NCBI GenBank assembly: GCA_965217585.1
Contig: OZ244561.1
Span: forward strand, 6,336,001-6,400,000
Origin: Candidatus Latescibacterota bacterium
GTDB lineage: Bacteria; Latescibacterota; UBA2968; UBA8231
Direction of reading: 5' to 3'
Length of the DNA: 64,000 nucleotides
In this document: piece after piece, positions 19,118 to 28,722 of the stretch
Numbering within the stretch: position 1 is the first letter of the stretch
Layout of the letters: each line of letters starts with the position of its first letter
The notes under the pieces: model-generated
What the model was told of the DNA's origin: nothing
The model's database searches: none
What the model saw: the letters and a program-made list of their open reading frames with translations, nothing else
Program-made: the position numbers and the translations under genes

Positions 19118-19941
19118 GCTTACCCGCGTCCAACCGGGAAGCGACGCGCTGTTCTAGGTGCGGCGGTGGAGGCCTGTACTACGACCCGATAGTCGAGGTG
19201 GGCCGCTATGGTACGCTTCGGCTTTGCGAGTGCGTCGAGTGCCGCTGTGGGGGGAGGGCACCCTACCAGTACTGGGATGACGATTCGCGCAACCAGTGGT
19301 GTCTCTGCCGTCCCTATCGCCGCAAAATGACGGAAACCAACCACCTGTTTCGCCAAGCCGATATCCCCGAGCGCTACAAGTGGAAGTTCGTCGACGACTT
19401 CCGAATGGCGGCACCAGACGGGACGCGCATCGACCTAGCGGCCACGGTCTATCTCCGCATTCACCAAGACCTGATCGAAGCAGAGGAAGAGCCTAAGCGC
19501 GGCTATCTTCTCCACGGAAATCCCGGCACGGGCAAGACCTTGATGGGATGCATTGCGCTCAACGAACTCATGTTGCGCTGGACCAAACCGGGCCGCTTTC
19601 TCAGTCTGTCGCGCACGTACTTTCAGAAGTTGCGCGATACCTATTCAGCCGACAGCGAGCGCTATGGCCACACTTGGCAAATTCTCGAAGAGTTGTGCAA
19701 TATGCCCTATCTCGTCCTAGACGATTTCGGCACCCAGCGGGGGACCGAGTGGGAAGAAGGAATGCTATACGATCTCGTAGATGCCCGCTACGGCGACCAG
19801 CGGTTCACGGTCGTGACCACCAACCAGCCCCTCGACGAACTCAAGGATCTCGCCAAGGGTCGCATCTACTCGCGCCTAGTAGAGATGTGCCAACCCATCT
19901 CCATGGATGGCCCTGATTATCGGATGCACCTCAATGAGTGA
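19114..19941 (+). CDS. DnaC/IstB-like AAA+ ATPase with Cys-rich N-terminus
   Basis: Walker A GNPGTGKT, Walker [11 protein letters not shown] and RIYSRL motifs. Confidence 0.85.
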   Translation: MSLPASNREATRCSRCGGGGLYYDPIVEVGRYGTLRLCECVECRCGGRAPYQYWDDDSRNQWCLCRPYRRKMTETNHLFRQADIPERYKWKFVDDFRMAAPDGTRIDLAATVYLRIHQDLIEAEEEPKRGYLLHGNPGTGKTLMGCIALNELMLRWTKPGRFLSLSRTYFQKLRDTYSADSERYGHTWQILEELCNMPYLVLDDFGTQRGTEWEEGMLYDLVDARYGDQRFTVVTTNQPLDELKDLAKGRIYSRLVEMCQPISMDGPDYRMHLNE

Positions 19942-20647
19942 GACAAGCTGGAAGCGCAGTGATGGACGCCGGCCCGCTCAATTGCGGCCGGTGCAGATTT
20001 CCCCAAGGTACCTGAAAACGGCTGCTGGATCGGCTCTGATCGAAATGGGCGATACAAAAGTGCTCTGCACGGTATCGCCCGTCGATGGAGTGCCGCCCTT
20101 TCTGGTGGGTACCGGCAAGGGGTGGTTGACTGCGGAGTACAGCATGCTGCCTGGCTCCTCTGCGCACCGAATAGCCCGCGAACCCAATAGCCGGGCGCGG
20201 GAAATTCAGCGCCTGATCGGCCGCTCGCTGCGAGCTGTAGTGAATTTGGAGCAAATAGGCGAGCGGACGCTGTATGTCGACTGCGATGTCATACAGGCGG
20301 ATGGCGGAACGCGTACAGCCTCAATAACAGGAGCTTATGTGGCCTTGGTAGAGGCGTTGCAGACATTGCAAGGCGATGTGCTCGTGGATCAGGTCGCCGC
20401 CGTTAGCGTTGGCGTAGTGGGGGATCAGCTCCTATTGGACCTGTGCTATAAAGAAGATAGTCGCGCCGAAACCGATATGAATGTCGTTATGACCGGCTCG
20501 GGAGGGATCGTCGAAGTCCAAGGCACGGCTGAGGGTTGTCCCTTTACCCGCGCTCAAGCCGTCGAGTTGCTCGACTTGGCGGCTGTGGGCATAGAGCGCC
20601 TACTGGCCGTGCAACAGTCTGTTTTAAGCGCACTTACAGAGGCGTAG
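19934..20647 (+). CDS. rph: Ribonuclease PH
   Basis: Motifs [36 protein letters not shown] and EVQGTAE. Confidence 0.96.
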   Translation: MSETSWKRSDGRRPAQLRPVQISPRYLKTAAGSALIEMGDTKVLCTVSPVDGVPPFLVGTGKGWLTAEYSMLPGSSAHRIAREPNSRAREIQRLIGRSLRAVVNLEQIGERTLYVDCDVIQADGGTRTASITGAYVALVEALQTLQGDVLVDQVAAVSVGVVGDQLLLDLCYKEDSRAETDMNVVMTGSGGIVEVQGTAEGCPFTRAQAVELLDLAAVGIERLLAVQQSVLSALTEA

Positions 20648-20664
20648 AGGCTTGGAGAAATTGC

Positions 20665-20693
20665 TTGACAGGTTTTGTGACCCCGGCTAAGTT
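20665..20693 (+). promoter_or_regulatory. Putative sigma70 promoter of the sigma factor gene
   Basis: TTGACA-N17-TAAGTT. Confidence 0.6.
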
Positions 20694-20766
20694 AATAACA
20701 CATCTTTAGTTTAAAGCACGTGTAGCTTTCCTTTTCCTCCCCACTCTAAACGAAGAGGATGGTTCC

Positions 20767-21627
20767 ATGGCGGGAATGGCTAAAGCACCATTTTGGGATA
20801 TGGAAGATTGTCTCGGGAGCTATCTGGCCGAAATCGCTCATTCCAAGCCTCTCTCCCCGGCCGACGAGGTCAATCTGGCGCGAAAGATCAAACAAGGGGA
20901 TGAGCACGCCCGCAATAGATTAGTCGAAGCGAATCTGCGCTTTGTGGTCAGCGTGGCAAAGGAATACCAAAATCGCGGCGTCCCCCTCGCCGATTTGGTC
21001 AGTGCTGGCAACATGGGCTTGATCACAGCCGCCGAGCGATTTGACGAAGACAAGGGCTTCAAATTCATCTCCTATGCGGTTTGGTGGATCCGCCAGGCCA
21101 TCCTACAGACCTTGGCCGAGCAGTCGCGCACGGTCCGCCTGCCGCTGAACAAGATCGGCTTGCTCTACAAGATATCCAAGGCGTCCCGCATCTTGCAGCA
21201 AGAGCGCACCGACGATCCCCACCCGGAAGCCATCGCCGAGCAGCTCGATGTCCCGGTTGAAGAGGTCAAGGAGACCTTGATGTGCGGCCGCTCGATGCGG
21301 TCGCTCGACGCGGCCTTCCTCGGCGAAGAAGACCACAGTTTGCTCGACGTGCTGCCAGACGAGCGCCAAGAGTCCCCTGAAAACCAAGTGATGCGCGGCT
21401 GTCTGCGCGGGCAGATCGACTCGGCTCTGAGTCGGCTCATCGGGCGCGAGGCCGAAATTCTCCGCCTCTACTTTGGGTTGAACGGGGAAGAGCCTATGAC
21501 CTTGGACCAGATCGGCATGCGCTTTGGGCTTACGCGCGAGCGAGTCCGACAAATCAAGGAGAAAGCGCTGCACCGGTTGCGGCACCCCAGCCGCTGCGAT
21601 CATCTGCGCTCCTACAGCCGCGCTTGA
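20767..21627 (+). CDS. RNA polymerase sigma70-family factor (RpoD/SigA-like, no region 1.1)
   Basis: Motifs LVEANLRFVVSVAK, GFKFISYAVWWIRQ and TRERVRQIKEKAL. Confidence 0.93.
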   Translation: MAGMAKAPFWDMEDCLGSYLAEIAHSKPLSPADEVNLARKIKQGDEHARNRLVEANLRFVVSVAKEYQNRGVPLADLVSAGNMGLITAAERFDEDKGFKFISYAVWWIRQAILQTLAEQSRTVRLPLNKIGLLYKISKASRILQQERTDDPHPEAIAEQLDVPVEEVKETLMCGRSMRSLDAAFLGEEDHSLLDVLPDERQESPENQVMRGCLRGQIDSALSRLIGREAEILRLYFGLNGEEPMTLDQIGMRFGLTRERVRQIKEKALHRLRHPSRCDHLRSYSRA

Positions 21628-21678
21628 AGCTGACCCCCAACAGGCTCCCCTGCTCCCCAAAAGTCGCAGGAGTATGCC

Positions 21679-21834
21679 ATGTTAGAAGATGCAGTTGAGG
21701 AGGATCTGCTGAATTCCATAGACGAAGTCGACGATCAGATCAAAAATTTTCGCCAGCGGGTGCGGGCCGTTTTGGACGCTGCCCAGGCCGAGGGAACGCG
21801 GCGCAACGAAAAGGAAGAGCGCGCGAGGAGATAA
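21679..21834 (+). CDS. Small 51-aa charged, probably helical protein (absent from the ORF track)
   Basis: AGGAG 6 nt before ATG. Sequence MLEDAVEEDLLNSIDEVDDQIKNFRQRVRAVLDAAQAEGTRRNEKEERARR*. Followed by a terminator. Confidence 0.65.
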   Translation: MLEDAVEEDLLNSIDEVDDQIKNFRQRVRAVLDAAQAEGTRRNEKEERARR

Positions 21835-21852
21835 GCGGCGCGTGGATTTACC

Positions 21853-21889
21853 AAAGAGGGGATGGCTTGGCTGTCCCCTCTTTTAATTT
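21853..21889 (+). terminator. Intrinsic terminator
   Basis: aaagaggggatggc-ttg-gctgtcccctcttt followed by TAATTT. Confidence 0.75.
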
Positions 21890-21916
21890 GTTTGCAACCA
21901 GATGGAGAGGACCGAA

Positions 21917-22753
21917 ATGGACAAATGGGCAACAGGCATATTTACCTCTATTGACGAGGGCTTGGGGGCCGGATTGGATTCGGTGAAGGAGCTAGGGGTC
22001 TCCACCGTGCATTTGCACGCGCCGGGCCGCGATTTTCGCACCGCAGAGAAAACCGCGGAAATTAAGGACCAGTTCGCCGCGGCTGGGATCGAAATCAGCG
22101 TGGTTTTCGCCGGTTTTCCCGACGACGATTACACCACGCCGGAAATCGCCCAGCAAACGGTCGGGCTCGTGCCTTTAGATCGCCGGGAGTACCGGCTCGA
22201 AGAGACCTTGGCCATCGCGGACTTTGCCGCGGCGCTAGGAGTAGATGCTGTCGGCATGCACTTGGGCTTCGTGCCGGAGGGGCCATTGGATCCGGATTTT
22301 GCCGCGGTCGTCGAGGTTGCGCGCACGGTGTGCGATCACTGTCGGGGACACGGCCAGTATTTTCACCTAGAAACCGGTCAGGAGACCCCTGACGAACTTC
22401 TCTCCTTTATCGAGGCCGTCGACCGCGAGAACCTCGCGGTCAATTTCGATCCTGCCAATATGATCCTCTACCAAGCCGGACCGCCCCTAGAAGCATTGGA
22501 TCAGGTGGGGCGCTTTGTCCGTAGCGTACACTGCAAAGATGCCGCGATCGAGCGCCGTCCGGGCCAGCCGTGGTACGAGGATGCACCGCTTGGCCAAGGT
22601 GACGTTGGCATCAGGGCATTCCTCTTGAAATTGCGCGATCTGGGATACGAGGGGCCGCTGACCATTGAGCGCGAATACGCCCCAGACCAAGTCGGGGATA
22701 TCCGCGCGGCTCTGCAGCTACTCACCGACCTACGCCGAGAGATTTTGGGTTGA
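21917..22753 (+). CDS. Sugar phosphate isomerase/epimerase (xylose-isomerase-like TIM barrel)
   Basis: Motifs LETGQE, NFDPANM, VHCKD and LTIERE. RBS GAGAGG before ATG 21917. Confidence 0.88.
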   Translation: MDKWATGIFTSIDEGLGAGLDSVKELGVSTVHLHAPGRDFRTAEKTAEIKDQFAAAGIEISVVFAGFPDDDYTTPEIAQQTVGLVPLDRREYRLEETLAIADFAAALGVDAVGMHLGFVPEGPLDPDFAAVVEVARTVCDHCRGHGQYFHLETGQETPDELLSFIEAVDRENLAVNFDPANMILYQAGPPLEALDQVGRFVRSVHCKDAAIERRPGQPWYEDAPLGQGDVGIRAFLLKLRDLGYEGPLTIEREYAPDQVGDIRAALQLLTDLRREILG

Positions 22754-23526
22754 GTGCGTCGCTGCAGAGCTGTTTGGATTTTGCGGTAGATGCTGCTTGG
22801 CAAGCGGGCAAAGTCACCTTGCGCTACTTCCAGTCAGGCATCCAACCCGAGTGGAAGGAAGACCTATCGCCGGTGACCATCGCCGACCGCGAAGCCGAGG
22901 CCAAGATACGGGACTTGTTGGCCAAAGCCTATCCCAACGACGGGATTGTCGGTGAGGAATTTGGCCAGGTTGAGGGAAGCTCCGGCGCACGCTGGATTAT
23001 CGATCCCATAGACGGGACGAAATCCTTTGTCCAAGGGGTGCCGCTCTACGGAGTGCTCATCGCGCGGGAAGGGCCGGATGGGGTTGACGTAGGCTGTTGC
23101 TATGCGCCGGCCCTTGACGAGATGGTGTGGGCCGCTAGGGGCGAAGGGTGTTGGTGGAATGGCAGGCGGGCTGCGGTGTCCGCTGTGGCCGAGTTAGGCC
23201 AAGCCTGTATCTGCTATACGTCGTGGCCGAGCTTTGTCGAACAGGGCCGCGAGCAGGGGTGGCGGCAGCTAGTCGCCAGCACCCGCCAGCACCGGGGATG
23301 GGGCGATTTCTACGGCCATATACTCGTGGCCACCGGCCGGGCTGAGGCCAGCTTTGACCCCATTATGAACCCGTGGGATTGCGGACCATTGCTGCCAATT
23401 CTACAGGAAGCCGGAGGCACCTTTACCGATTGGCAGGGAGTGCCGACGATATACGGCAAAGACGCCTTCTCTTCCAATGGGCATCTCTTCGAGTCCATCA
23501 TGGGGCATCTGGGTCGGCCCCAGTGA
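22750..23526 (+). CDS. hisN: Inositol monophosphatase family, histidinol-phosphatase-like
   Basis: Motifs SPVTIADR, GEEFG, WIIDPIDGTKSFV, RGWGDFYG and PWD. Confidence 0.8.
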   Translation: MSASLQSCLDFAVDAAWQAGKVTLRYFQSGIQPEWKEDLSPVTIADREAEAKIRDLLAKAYPNDGIVGEEFGQVEGSSGARWIIDPIDGTKSFVQGVPLYGVLIAREGPDGVDVGCCYAPALDEMVWAARGEGCWWNGRRAAVSAVAELGQACICYTSWPSFVEQGREQGWRQLVASTRQHRGWGDFYGHILVATGRAEASFDPIMNPWDCGPLLPILQEAGGTFTDWQGVPTIYGKDAFSSNGHLFESIMGHLGRPQ

Positions 23527-24386
23527 TAGACGCACTCAGGAGTCGGGTTGTCTTCTATCTAGGGGTCGGCCGCGATGCCGTGGTGGCAACGTACCGCCAC
23601 GATTGCACGACCGCGGCTCCAGCTATGGCCTTTGACTTTATATTTGCCATTTTCCCGGGCATTCTCGTTCTGACAGCCCTATTGGGCTTCTTGGGCATAT
23701 CGTCTGAGGATTTCATCCAAGTCCTCAAAATTTTGGGCATTGTCATCCCCGTCCCGCTGCTGGAGGCCGTCGAAGACAATATCAACTTTCTCTCCTCGCA
23801 AAGTTTGTTCGTCATCGGTTTCTTGGGTGTCATCTGGCCGGCGTCGGCCAGCATGTCCACTACGATGGTCGCTCTCAACCGAGCCTACGGCGTGCAAGAG
23901 CATCGGTCTTTCTACAAGCGGCGCGTTCTCTCGCTTGCCCTAATCGTGGTCTTGGGGATTTCTTTCGTCTTTTTCTTCAACCTCATCGTATTCGGCGAAC
24001 ACGTCGAGAGTTGGCTGCGGGAGTATTGGACTTTCTCGAATCATTTCTCTCCTTTAGTGGCCTTGTTGAGGCGCGCGGTGGTCGTGGTCGGCATGGTCAC
24101 CACAGCCGCCTGTATTTACTACATCATGCCCGCTGTGCGTCTGCGCTGGTTGGACGTGTTGCCTGGTAGTATAGTGTCTTCTGCGCTGTCTGGGGCCATT
24201 GCCTCTGGCTTGGATTACATCGAGCGGTTCAGCTATTACAATATCATCTATGGCGTGCTCGGGGCCGCCATCATCCTCTTATTATCCGCGTATTTGCTGG
24301 CTTTTACTTTGCTATTGGGCGGCGAACTGAACGCGGTGCTCTACCGCCGCCGCCATCCATTTGACGCGCGCCCGACAGATTATTAG
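23523..24386 (+). CDS. YihY/virulence factor BrkB family membrane protein
   Basis: Motifs ALNRAYGVQE, YGVLGAAIILLL and LLGGELNA. Multi-TM. GTG start overlaps the upstream stop. Confidence 0.88.
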   Translation: MIDALRSRVVFYLGVGRDAVVATYRHDCTTAAPAMAFDFIFAIFPGILVLTALLGFLGISSEDFIQVLKILGIVIPVPLLEAVEDNINFLSSQSLFVIGFLGVIWPASASMSTTMVALNRAYGVQEHRSFYKRRVLSLALIVVLGISFVFFFNLIVFGEHVESWLREYWTFSNHFSPLVALLRRAVVVVGMVTTAACIYYIMPAVRLRWLDVLPGSIVSSALSGAIASGLDYIERFSYYNIIYGVLGAAIILLLSAYLLAFTLLLGGELNAVLYRRRHPFDARPTDY

Positions 24387-24430
24387 GTTGGGACTTGTAG
24401 TGGTAATATCTTTGAAAAATGGAGGAGCCA

Positions 24431-24886
24431 ATGCACAAAATTTTAATCCTATTCGCACTCGTCAGCGGGCTTTTGGCCTGCGGGGGCGGCAAAAAAGATG
24501 AGCTAACCCCTTATATCCAGACCTTGCAGGGCTTGGATCACCATAGCCAACAGCTAATGCGCTATCAGGTGTACCTAACGACCGAGGGCATGACCAATCA
24601 GGCTCACGACGTCGAGCAGGTCATGCAGACCTTGCTCGACGAGTTGGAGAAGGTAGAGCCCGAAGACAAGCGCCTCCGGGCCTTGCACAACGCCATGAAG
24701 CGGTCCTTGAAGGCGGCGATGCGCAAGCTGGTCGAGCCGGACTTCCCGACGTTTGTGCCCAACGCCCAAAAGAGCATTTCGTTCGTCGAAGAAAAATTCA
24801 CCAATATATATGGCAACCTAGAGCTGATGTGGGAGAGGGCCGGCAAGACCGAACCCTTCCCGCTCAAGTGGCAAGCCGCAAAATAG
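24431..24886 (+). CDS. Hypothetical lipoprotein
   Basis: RBS GGAGGAG and a signal peptide with lipobox LLAC. Confidence 0.75.
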   Translation: MHKILILFALVSGLLACGGGKKDELTPYIQTLQGLDHHSQQLMRYQVYLTTEGMTNQAHDVEQVMQTLLDELEKVEPEDKRLRALHNAMKRSLKAAMRKLVEPDFPTFVPNAQKSISFVEEKFTNIYGNLELMWERAGKTEPFPLKWQAAK

Positions 24887-24912
24887 TTGCGTCGCCGCCC
24901 GCTGCACTGCGT

Positions 24913-24945
24913 AGAGCTCCCCCGGTAACAGGGGGAGCTTTTTGC
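24913..24945 (+). terminator. Intrinsic terminator
   Basis: agagctcccc...gggggagct followed by a T-tract. Confidence 0.7.
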
Positions 24946-24982
24946 GTTAAATTCCCGCGCAGAAAGAAGGGATGAACAAACC

Positions 24983-25177
24983 ATGTTGTTCTTGTTGTTC
25001 AAATTGCTGTTGGCGACGGCAATCGTGTTGCTGTGTTACGCCGTGTACCGGCAGCTAAGGGGCCGTCCCCGCAGCGGTGCGTCCAACCAGCGCGGCAGCA
25101 TCGATCCGAGCCAAGTCGCCGAGGCCGAATACTGCATATTGGACGAAGAAGAGGCCGAAAGCAAAGATCGTGGCTAA
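24983..25177 (+). CDS. Small single-TM membrane protein
   Basis: Hydrophobic N-terminal helix and acidic tail (AEAEY). Overlaps the holA start. Confidence 0.6.
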   Translation: MLFLLFKLLLATAIVLLCYAVYRQLRGRPRSGASNQRGSIDPSQVAEAEYCILDEEEAESKDRG

Positions 25178-26189
25178 GAGAGTCAAAGGACTGAGTCCCG
25201 AAGAGCTGCTAGCCGAAATCGACAAGGGGGATGTTCGGCCCTTTTATTTATTGCACGGGGACGAGGAATACGAGCGCGAATCCTTGGTCACGTCTATGGT
25301 CGAAGCCTTGGTGCCAGCCCAGACTCGGGATTTCAATCTCGACGTCCTGAGGACCGAGCGCTTGGAGGTGCTGGATTTTTTTCAGGTCTATGATACCTAT
25401 CCCATGATGGCCGAGAGCCGGCTGATTGTGCTGCGCGATGCCGAGGCCTTAACGGCCGACCAGTGTCGCGGCTTGGAACGCGTATTTGCAACGCCGGTGG
25501 CGACTAGTCGGCTGCTGGTAGTGGGCCAAAAGGTCGATATGCGGCGGAAGTTCTTTCGCGAGCTCTCGCGACAGGGTCGTGCGCTAGAATTTAGGCCGCC
25601 CTACGACGACAAAGTTCCGCAGTGGATACAGCGGTACGCCAAGCGCCAAGGGGTGCAGATCGAGCCCGCGGCCGTCCAGCTACTTAGCCAGTACGTGGGG
25701 GCCAAGCCGAGCGAACTGGTCAGCGAGATAGAAAAGTTGATCAGTTTTGCCGGGGTGGGCCAGCCAATCACCGCCTCGGCGGTCGAACAAGTCGCTGGCA
25801 TCACGCGCGGGGCTAGCGTGTTCGATCTCGCCGATGCCCTCGGCAAAGGGCAGGGCAAGCTAGCCCAAGAACTGATGCAAAAGTTTCTCAGCCAGGGAGA
25901 AGAGCCGACCCGCGCCGTAGCCATGGTCACCCGCCACTTCCAGCTTTTGCTCAAGGCTAAGGGGCTAATGGGCAAGTCGCTGCCGCGCGACAAAATGGCC
26001 GCCGAATTAGGTGTTGCGCCGTTCTTTTTGCCCGGGTATTTGGAGCAGGCCAAGCACCGCCCCACCTCTTGGCTGTGGGCCGGGTTGAGCGCCTTAAAGG
26101 AGGCCGATTGGTGCCTAAAATCGCAGGGACGACGCCAGGAGCACTTGGTTTTGGAACTGCTGGTGGCCAAGTTGTGCAGGAAGCGCTAG
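25170..26189 (+). CDS. holA: DNA polymerase III subunit delta
   Basis: Motifs YLLHGDEEY, DFN, PMMAESRLIVL, EIEKL and VFDLADAL. Confidence 0.92.
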   Translation: MAKRVKGLSPEELLAEIDKGDVRPFYLLHGDEEYERESLVTSMVEALVPAQTRDFNLDVLRTERLEVLDFFQVYDTYPMMAESRLIVLRDAEALTADQCRGLERVFATPVATSRLLVVGQKVDMRRKFFRELSRQGRALEFRPPYDDKVPQWIQRYAKRQGVQIEPAAVQLLSQYVGAKPSELVSEIEKLISFAGVGQPITASAVEQVAGITRGASVFDLADALGKGQGKLAQELMQKFLSQGEEPTRAVAMVTRHFQLLLKAKGLMGKSLPRDKMAAELGVAPFFLPGYLEQAKHRPTSWLWAGLSALKEADWCLKSQGRRQEHLVLELLVAKLCRKR

Positions 26190-26191
26190 GC

Positions 26192-26220
26192 TTGACAATG
26201 GGTAGTATCAGAACTATAAT
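26192..26220 (+). promoter_or_regulatory. Perfect-consensus sigma70 promoter upstream of trxA
   Basis: TTGACA-N17-TATAAT. Confidence 0.85.
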
Positions 26221-26285
26221 TGAGACACAAGGTGTTGTGTTTGTAACATGTTGAAAAGTATAAACTAACAAGCAAAGGACCTATC

Positions 26286-26612
26286 GTGAGCGAACCTACC
26301 GTCTTAACCGATGACAATTTCAGCGCCGAAGTCCTCAACTCCGGTCTGCCCGTGCTCGTGGATTTCTGGGCGACGTGGTGCGGGCCGTGCCGAATGATTG
26401 CGCCGATTGTCCAAGAATTGAGCAGTGAATACGAGGGCAGGGCCAAAGTGGGCAAATTGGACGTCGACGAGGCCCAGAAAACAGCGGCCGAATTCGGCAT
26501 CCGCAGCATCCCCACCTTGCTCATTTTCAAAGGGGGCAAAGTCGCCGACCAGGTAATTGGCGCTGTCCCCAAACGGCAAATCGCCGAAAAGCTAGAGGCC
26601 GCATTGGCCTAA
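26286..26612 (+). CDS. trxA: Thioredoxin
   Basis: DFWATWCGPC and IRSIPTL motifs. Confidence 0.97.
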   Translation: MSEPTVLTDDNFSAEVLNSGLPVLVDFWATWCGPCRMIAPIVQELSSEYEGRAKVGKLDVDEAQKTAAEFGIRSIPTLLIFKGGKVADQVIGAVPKRQIAEKLEAALA

Positions 26613-26655
26613 TTGTGCGGACGAGAGGGCTTGGGCGTTGCCTGTCTGAGCGGGA

Positions 26656-27243
26656 GTGCTAAACATGCTGTCTAATCCTCTCTGGAAGCATGTCTTTCGC
26701 CGCCTGCAAGAGAGCGTAAGGAGCGGCCGCAAGGAGGAAGAGACTGCCACCTGCAAGCTCTTGAAGGAAATGCCCATTTTTCAGGAACTGAGCGGGCGAG
26801 AGCTGCACAAGATAGAAGAGATCCTCTACGGGCCGCGGAATTGGCGAGCCGGCGAGACGATTATCGACCAAGGGGATCCCGGGATGGGGATGTACATCGT
26901 CGTCTCCGGCCAAGTGCGGATCGTACAGATGGGTGACGATGGGTTTGAGAAGCAGCTAGCCACCTTGACCCGTGGGAATTTTTTTGGCGCACAGGCCCTG
27001 GTAGATGAATCGCCGCGCCCCGCTTCGGCCTACGCCCTCCAGCCTTGTAGCTTCCTCGTGTTTAGCCGCCCCGACTTACTCGAACTCCTAGAAAACAACA
27101 CCCCGCTCGCCTTGAAGATGGTCGAGGGCTTAGCGCAAGCGATTTCGGCTGACGTACCCGAACTGATAGAGAAGCTCGCGGTGCAACTACGCAGCCCTGA
27201 GCGCCTGTTAAAAGGGGCGCGGCGGGCAGGTAGTATTCAATGA
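26656..27243 (+). CDS. Cyclic-nucleotide-binding domain protein
   Basis: IIDQGDPGMGMYIVVSGQV and FFGAQALVDESPRPASA. No evident HTH. Confidence 0.85.
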   Translation: MLNMLSNPLWKHVFRRLQESVRSGRKEEETATCKLLKEMPIFQELSGRELHKIEEILYGPRNWRAGETIIDQGDPGMGMYIVVSGQVRIVQMGDDGFEKQLATLTRGNFFGAQALVDESPRPASAYALQPCSFLVFSRPDLLELLENNTPLALKMVEGLAQAISADVPELIEKLAVQLRSPERLLKGARRAGSIQ

Positions 27244-28628
27244 ATTGGCAAGTTAAAGTCGTAATCGGCTTGGTGGCCGTAGCAATCGCCGGGTGGTTTC
27301 TGTACGAGATTCGCGGCATCCTCACGCCTTTTGTTTTCGCTTTCGTCTTGGCCTATATCCTCTACCCGATCGTCGATTGGATAGAGAGGAGGGGGTTGGG
27401 GCGAGTTTGGAGCACGCTCCTCGTCTTTTCGCTCGTTTTTGCCGGGTTGGGGCTGGGCGCATTCAAGGTTGGCGACAAGCTGACCGGAGAAACGGTTGAT
27501 CGGGTTTTTACCATCGCCAACACCGGCGACAAACTCCTAGTCATCCAAGGGATGGCTTGGGAAGACGATTCGCGGGAACAGCCGTTCGTCCTAAGAGAAA
27601 AACACCGCTGGCCGCTAGGGATCGCTCCCATGGAGGAGTTGGCAGTTCATCTTCGCTTTGTGCCCAAGGACCACGTACCGGCTGCAAACGCGCTCTTGAT
27701 TGCGTACTCGCAGGGAAAGGACGAGTACATCCAGCGCATTAGCGTCCACGGCAATAGCGGTGCGGCCACAGGAGGCCAAGCGGCCGGCAAACCGGGTTCC
27801 GTGGTATTTTCGCGTGCTGATATTGGCTTTGGCGAGGCCGGCCCCAATGTCTTGGTGGAAATCGGCGATAAGATCTTGACGGAAACCAGCGCTAGGGCTT
27901 CAAAAATTCAGCCCACGCTACAGCCCTATCTGGGGAGCGATTTCCGCCTTGCCGAGTTGATTCGGGAGTACGGCGAGCGGCTGATGGAGACCATGTTGGG
28001 GGGCACTACGATGTTTATCGGGGGCGTGATCTCGGGCCTTACTTTTGCGGTGATCGTGCCGTTTGTAGCGTTCTTTTTCCTCAAAGAGGGGCGGCGCTTG
28101 ACGCGATGCCTGATTGCATTCGTTCCCAACGCCTATTTTGAATTGTGCTTAAACCTAATGTACCGAGCCAATAAACAGATCGGGAATTATATCCGTGGCC
28201 AGCTTTTAGCCGTCCTCGTCGTATCGGTGCTCTCGATTAGCGGCTTGTCCATTATCGGCGTCTATTATGCCCTGCCTCTGGGGTTGCTCGCCGGGTTGGC
28301 CAACGTAATCCCGTATCTCGGGCCATTGATCGGGATCGTCTGCTCTTCGATTGTGGCCTTGGCTACCGGCGGTGGCTTGGCGATGGTGGCCAAAGTGATC
28401 GTTATGTTCTTGGTCATTCAACTGATCGACAACGTACTCATTCAACCCACAATGGTGGCCAAAAGCGTCGAACTGCACCCTTTGGTCGTCCTCTTTGTCG
28501 TCATGGTGGGAAGCCAGTTCATGGGCATCATCGGGATGCTAATCGCCGTGCCGCTCACAGGTATAGCGAAAGTGAGCGGCCAAACCCTCTACGAAGGGGT
28601 TCGGCAATACCGGTTTAGAGTAGGTTGA
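27240..28628 (+). CDS. AI-2E (PerM) family transporter with an inserted soluble domain
   Basis: Motifs AYILYPIV, YIRGQL, IPYLGP, LHPL and GMLIAVP, plus about 115 extra beta-rich residues after the third TM helix. Confidence 0.85.
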   Translation: MNWQVKVVIGLVAVAIAGWFLYEIRGILTPFVFAFVLAYILYPIVDWIERRGLGRVWSTLLVFSLVFAGLGLGAFKVGDKLTGETVDRVFTIANTGDKLLVIQGMAWEDDSREQPFVLREKHRWPLGIAPMEELAVHLRFVPKDHVPAANALLIAYSQGKDEYIQRISVHGNSGAATGGQAAGKPGSVVFSRADIGFGEAGPNVLVEIGDKILTETSARASKIQPTLQPYLGSDFRLAELIREYGERLMETMLGGTTMFIGGVISGLTFAVIVPFVAFFFLKEGRRLTRCLIAFVPNAYFELCLNLMYRANKQIGNYIRGQLLAVLVVSVLSISGLSIIGVYYALPLGLLAGLANVIPYLGPLIGIVCSSIVALATGGGLAMVAKVIVMFLVIQLIDNVLIQPTMVAKSVELHPLVVLFVVMVGSQFMGIIGMLIAVPLTGIAKVSGQTLYEGVRQYRFRVG

Positions 28629-28722
28629 CAAACCTATACATATTGCTTAACTACATCCCTTATATCCCGAATTTTGGTAAGAGGCATTTAAGGCCCTTTA
28701 GGGGGTAGGAGGAATAAATTCA

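Noticed and set aside
19114-19941. IS21 element suggested by the IstB-like ATPase
   Set aside because: No IstA transposase and no terminal inverted repeats. The gene overlaps housekeeping neighbours.
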